Position numbers and translations under genes: made by a program. A stretch of 64,000 nt of DNA, taken from NCBI GenBank assembly GCA_964568845.1, contig CAZMSC010000003.1, forward strand, positions 1,608 through 65,607, written 5' to 3'. This DNA comes from an uncultured Candidatus Bathyarchaeia archaeon (GTDB lineage Archaea > Thermoproteota > CALKCG01 > B24). This document shows positions 60,740 to 64,000 of this stretch, one piece after another. The number at the start of each line of letters is the position of its first letter. Position 1 is the stretch's first letter. Under the pieces are notes generated by a model. The model was not told the origin of the DNA, made no database searches, and saw only the letters and a program-made list of their open reading frames with translations.

Positions 60740-62260
60740 CTAAGCATAATCGGCAAGTTTTTTCCCAGTTTTCCTAAGCCAATCTTCCACTGGTTGTTTG
60801 AATTTTTCTTCAAATAGGGCTCTATGAAATGAATTGTAGGTGCAGAATGATATTATTCTTCCGTCTGGAGTAGCGTAGTGTATACCACATCTGCCTACTC
60901 TATCTAAGTCTAGATTCCATACGTCTTGGAAGTGCATTATCCCAACCATAACAATGTTGTACATCAATTTTCCTAAAGCTTCATAGCTTCCCTTAGTTAT
61001 AATATCCTTAAGGAGGTTTCTGATGAGTTCATTCTTCACCATCAGGAGAAATTTGAGCATTTCTAGTTTAGCCCTTCTACTATGACCTTTAACCCCTAGG
61101 TAGTACATTTCCCAGAATATGTCGGCGAAGCTGTCAACGTCTACAAGCTCAGTTATCGGTACGAAAGATCCATCTTCTCTGACTACTATAAACGTAGCCG
61201 CACCGCAGTGCGGGTGTAAGGTGAATTCTGGATAAGTTCTATTTTTTATTACCTCCATTCCCTTAGCAATGGGAAGAGGCCAGTTTACAGGTCTCCAGCT
61301 CCACTTTGAGATTACTCCGCCAGTCTGCTCTTCAATGAGTTTTACAGCATCAGGTATCGTTATTCTCATATTTCTCATCTCCTCCTTCCTAGCTCTACCA
61401 GCCATAGATATCGGCTGTATGTTTACGCATCTTATAACATCTCTATTGTCAACAGCATACCTTATGATGTCTCCCAGGTCGCTGTCGTTAACGCCTTTAG
61501 CCAGCGTAACCACCAGCACTATGGATTTATGTCTAAGCCTTCTAGCATTTTCAATAACTCTATTTTTGATATCAATAAGTCCACCCCTACCTCTAAGCTT
61601 AAAGTATATTTCCTCTCTCAATCCATCAAACTGAAGGTAAATCGTATTCATACCAGCATCCAACAACCTTTTATAGTAGTCTAAATCTTCAGCGAGCCTA
61701 ATCCCATTCGTATTAACCTCTACGTGTCTAATTCCAGCCATCTTAGCCTCTCTGATCAATTCCGGAAGGTCGTTTCTAAGCGTAGGTTCTCCTCCGCTAA
61801 ACTGTAAGGCGTTTGCCGCCCACGGACTATTGGATCTGAAAAGCTTAATCATACCAACTATCTGCTCATACTTGGGTTCATACACGTAGTTTACGGCGCC
61901 GGCGTAGGCGAAGCATACCGGGCAAGCCATATTGCATCTATTGGTAACATCTATTATGCCTAGTATTGTGTGAGTTTTGTGTTGGGGGCATAGCCCGCAG
62001 TCGAAGGGGCAACCCCTATCTATCTGAGAGTGGGGTTTTTCAAGGCCATTACCGATATATCTGGCAACGTTCCACTTCTTCTCAAACCACTTATAGTATT
62101 CAGCATCACCCCAGTAAACGTCTTCAAATTTACCATGCTCTGGACACGTCTTCTCCAGGTATATGACATTATTCTCCTCGTAGATTCGCATGGGTATTCT
62201 TCTGAAGCATACTGGGCATATGCTCGCCGACCATTTTTCGAACATTTCTTCTTTAGACAT
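60740..62260 (-). CDS. radical SAM protein with N-terminal rubredoxin-like and auxiliary Cys clusters; candidate tetraether lipid synthase (Tes/GDGT-MAS) homologue
   Basis: CNMACPVC (CxxxCxxC radical SAM motif) preceded by CPVCF...CPEHG and CPFDCGLCPQH Cys clusters. 506 aa. Confidence 0.5.
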   Translation of the reverse strand: MSKEEMFEKWSASICPVCFRRIPMRIYEENNVIYLEKTCPEHGKFEDVYWGDAEYYKWFEKKWNVARYIGNGLEKPHSQIDRGCPFDCGLCPQHKTHTILGIIDVTNRCNMACPVCFAYAGAVNYVYEPKYEQIVGMIKLFRSNSPWAANALQFSGGEPTLRNDLPELIREAKMAGIRHVEVNTNGIRLAEDLDYYKRLLDAGMNTIYLQFDGLREEIYFKLRGRGGLIDIKNRVIENARRLRHKSIVLVVTLAKGVNDSDLGDIIRYAVDNRDVIRCVNIQPISMAGRARKEEMRNMRITIPDAVKLIEEQTGGVISKWSWRPVNWPLPIAKGMEVIKNRTYPEFTLHPHCGAATFIVVREDGSFVPITELVDVDSFADIFWEMYYLGVKGHSRRAKLEMLKFLLMVKNELIRNLLKDIITKGSYEALGKLMYNIVMVGIMHFQDVWNLDLDRVGRCGIHYATPDGRIISFCTYNSFHRALFEEKFKQPVEDWLRKTGKKLADYA

Positions 62261-62308
62261 AACAATGAAACTTTACCTTAAGATTAAGTATATAACGGTT
62301 TTCCTAAT

Positions 62309-63025
62309 CTACACGGTTTCTCTAAGCTTTACAATCAAATCTGGTTTATTCGTCGTTATAGAATCTACACCTCTCTCCACAAGTGTTCTAGCGATCTCTA
62401 AATCATCTACGGTCCAAACATTAACCTTGAGCTTAAGCCTATGGGCGAATTCAACGGTTTTAAGAGATGCAAGCTTGTAATGAGGCATTACAGCTATACA
62501 GCCAATACGTTTGGCTACAAGGATGTGGTCTCCAGGCTTTGCATAGATTAAACCTCTATACGTATTAGGGTTGGCCTCAGCAACGGTTTTCAATGCGTCT
62601 TCATGGAACGATACGAACATGATCTGGTTTAACATGTCTTTATTTTCTACTAGGCTTAAAGCATACCTAGATGCACGGGTTTCCTTAAGTTCTAGCAGTA
62701 CGCATATCCGCCCATACACTAAATCTAAAGCTTCCGAGAGGAGCGGAATCCTCTCACCCTTACCGGCGTCAAAATTTTTGAGTTGTTCAGAAGTGTAGCT
62801 GTCAACCCTACCAGACCCATCTGTAGTTCTATTTAAGGTTTCATCATGTATGACCACGGGAACGTTATCCTTAGAAAGTCTAACGTCAAATTCTACGGCG
62901 TCGGCATTCATTTCTATAGCCTTCTCAATGGCTCTAATCGTATTCTCAGGTTCGTAGCCTGAAGCTCCTCTATGAGCGACAACAGCGAAAGGCTTCTTAG
63001 AGAGGAATTCTGAGATCTCCACCAA
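62309..63025 (-). CDS. glycerophosphodiester phosphodiesterase (GDPD/UgpQ family)
   Basis: VVAHRGASGYEPENT and EFDV....D..PVVIHD GDPD signature motifs. Confidence 0.75.
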   Translation of the reverse strand: MVEISEFLSKKPFAVVAHRGASGYEPENTIRAIEKAIEMNADAVEFDVRLSKDNVPVVIHDETLNRTTDGSGRVDSYTSEQLKNFDAGKGERIPLLSEALDLVYGRICVLLELKETRASRYALSLVENKDMLNQIMFVSFHEDALKTVAEANPNTYRGLIYAKPGDHILVAKRIGCIAVMPHYKLASLKTVEFAHRLKLKVNVWTVDDLEIARTLVERGVDSITTNKPDLIVKLRETV

Positions 63026-63213
63026 TCTCTCCCACCGTTAGCTTAATCGTAGCACTAAGCTATATATGTTTTAAATGAATCTGCCACTTGCCTTTGAAAA
63101 ATAGAGGCTTACATGGAAGGAATTTACACGAGCATGTTGGATAATCTTTAACGGAAAAGCTTCAGACATAAATATGAAGTTTGAAGGGGTCTTTCCTAAG
63201 ACTATGTGAGATA

Positions 63214-64000
63214 TATGAAACAGTTGAGAAGCTTAGTTCTAGAAATGAAACTATAGAATCTATGGCTGAATATTTAAAGGAGTTGAGCCCGGAAGACCTT
63301 AGAATAGCTGTTAAACTTTCTACGATAAACTTTCGAGAAACTTTAAATGTAAGTTGGACTACGCTTTCGGAGGCATTAAAAGGCCTGTACAAACTAGCAG
63401 ATGCAGATTTATATAAGGCTTTCAACGAAACTGGTGACATTGGAAGCGCTATTAAATCGATTTTAGAATTCAGAAGTCTCAGCCGCCAAACCCTACTGTT
63501 AACAAAGCCTCTTACGCTTGAGGAGTTAAATCTACTGCTTCGGGAAATATCTAAAGCCGAAGGCTCGGGCTCTAAATATAAAAAGCTTAAAGTCTTAAAA
63601 GGCTTGTTCAGCAAAGCCTCTCCGTTAGAGGCTAAGTACCTGACCAGGATAATTTTAGGTGATCTTAGGATAGGTGTTAAGGAGGGAATTATCGCTAAGG
63701 CTCTATCTGAGGCCTTTCACATCCCATACAAAGCTTTAGAGAGAGCTTTAATGCTTAGCGGGGATTTGGCTGAGACTGCGGTACTAGCTAAAACACATGG
63801 TCTTAACGGCATTCTGAACGTGAAGTACATCCCGTTCAACCCTATAAAACCCATGCTTGCAGGCATGGCCTACAGCATTAAAGAGGTTATAGGTGAGTTT
63901 AAAGATAGAGCAGCATTTGAACATAAGATTGATGGCGCAAGAGTTCAAATCCACGTATTTAACGGGAAGGTTAAAGTATTCTCAAGAGGGCTTAAAGACG
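63214..64000 (+). CDS. lig: ATP-dependent DNA ligase, N-terminal part (runs off the window end)
   Basis: Open frame from 63214 (MKQLRSLVLRNETIESMAEYLKEL...) to nt 64000 with no stop. Contains adenylation motif I EHKIDGARVQIH (KxDG). Absent from the ORF track because it has no stop in the window. Confidence 0.8.

Noticed and set aside
63162-63614. 150-aa minus-strand ORF
   Set aside because: Lies entirely antisense to the well-supported DNA ligase reading frame (KxDG motif on the plus strand). Likely spurious.
1-64000. CRISPR array or cas genes
   Set aside because: No regularly spaced direct repeats of 24-40 bp and no Cas-like ORFs were seen anywhere in the window.

Overview
Most of this 64-kb window looks like archaeal core chromosome, with several small accessory patches and no CRISPR array. 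Gene content, tRNAs with a bulge-helix-bulge-type intron and a PaREP1-family gene point to a crenarchaeon, probably a Thermoproteales-like lineage. GC content appears moderate by eye, roughly 45%. Every family call below is motif recognition from the provided translations; no database search was run.

Core genes I can support:
- **Redox and central metabolism:** an NfnAB/SudAB-like oxidoreductase pair, PEP synthase, PRPP synthetase, NadA, MoaD/MoaE, ArgH and ArgG (divergent), pyruvoyl-dependent arginine decarboxylase, a ThyA-like thymidylate synthase, PyrH, and an orphan PyrI.
- **DNA transactions:** Hjc resolvase, endonuclease III, an XPD-like helicase, a DHH phosphoesterase, and a 5' fragment of an ATP-dependent DNA ligase at the window end.
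- **Transcription and translation:** TFE, a translation cluster (aIF2-alpha, Nop10, S27e, EF-1beta, a small Zn-ribbon protein), NAC, and a PAC2 proteasome-assembly homologue.
- **Carbohydrate enzymes:** a GH3 beta-glucosidase, a GH99-like hydrolase, ThuA-like and mutarotase-like proteins, and an FGGY kinase.
- **tRNAs:** tRNA-Leu(CAA) with a 22-nt intron, tRNA-Val(GAC), and tRNA-Gly(CCC) on the minus strand.

Accessory or unusual content worth a second look:
1. An IS1595-like element with roughly 29-bp terminal inverted repeats, inserted 10 bp downstream of tRNA-Val.
2. A single-chain RHH plus PaREP1 (HEPN-like) protein next to tRNA-Leu.
3. A small island at about 22.3-25.3 kb with an HTH regulator, a truncated retropepsin-like ORF, a fused MNT-HEPN protein, and a membrane-anchored coiled-coil transglutaminase-like protein.
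4. A dense ubiquitin-like/sulfur-carrier set: four MoaD/ThiS-type proteins ending in GG, an E1-like UbaA/MoeB, a TtuA/Ncs6 PP-loop ATPase, and MoaE.
5. A UroD/MtaA-like gene interrupted by one in-frame TGA.
6. A tandem duplicated zinc-ribbon ORF ahead of the NfnAB-like pair.
7. A Tes-like (tetraether lipid synthase) radical SAM protein next to a glycerophosphodiester phosphodiesterase.
8. A 754-aa protein with an N-terminal winged helix and a C-terminal zinc ribbon, of unknown function.
9. Paired 17-bp palindromes in a degenerate region at about 36.57-36.62 kb, and a GC-rich non-coding stretch at about 19.46-19.67 kb that could be a structured ncRNA.
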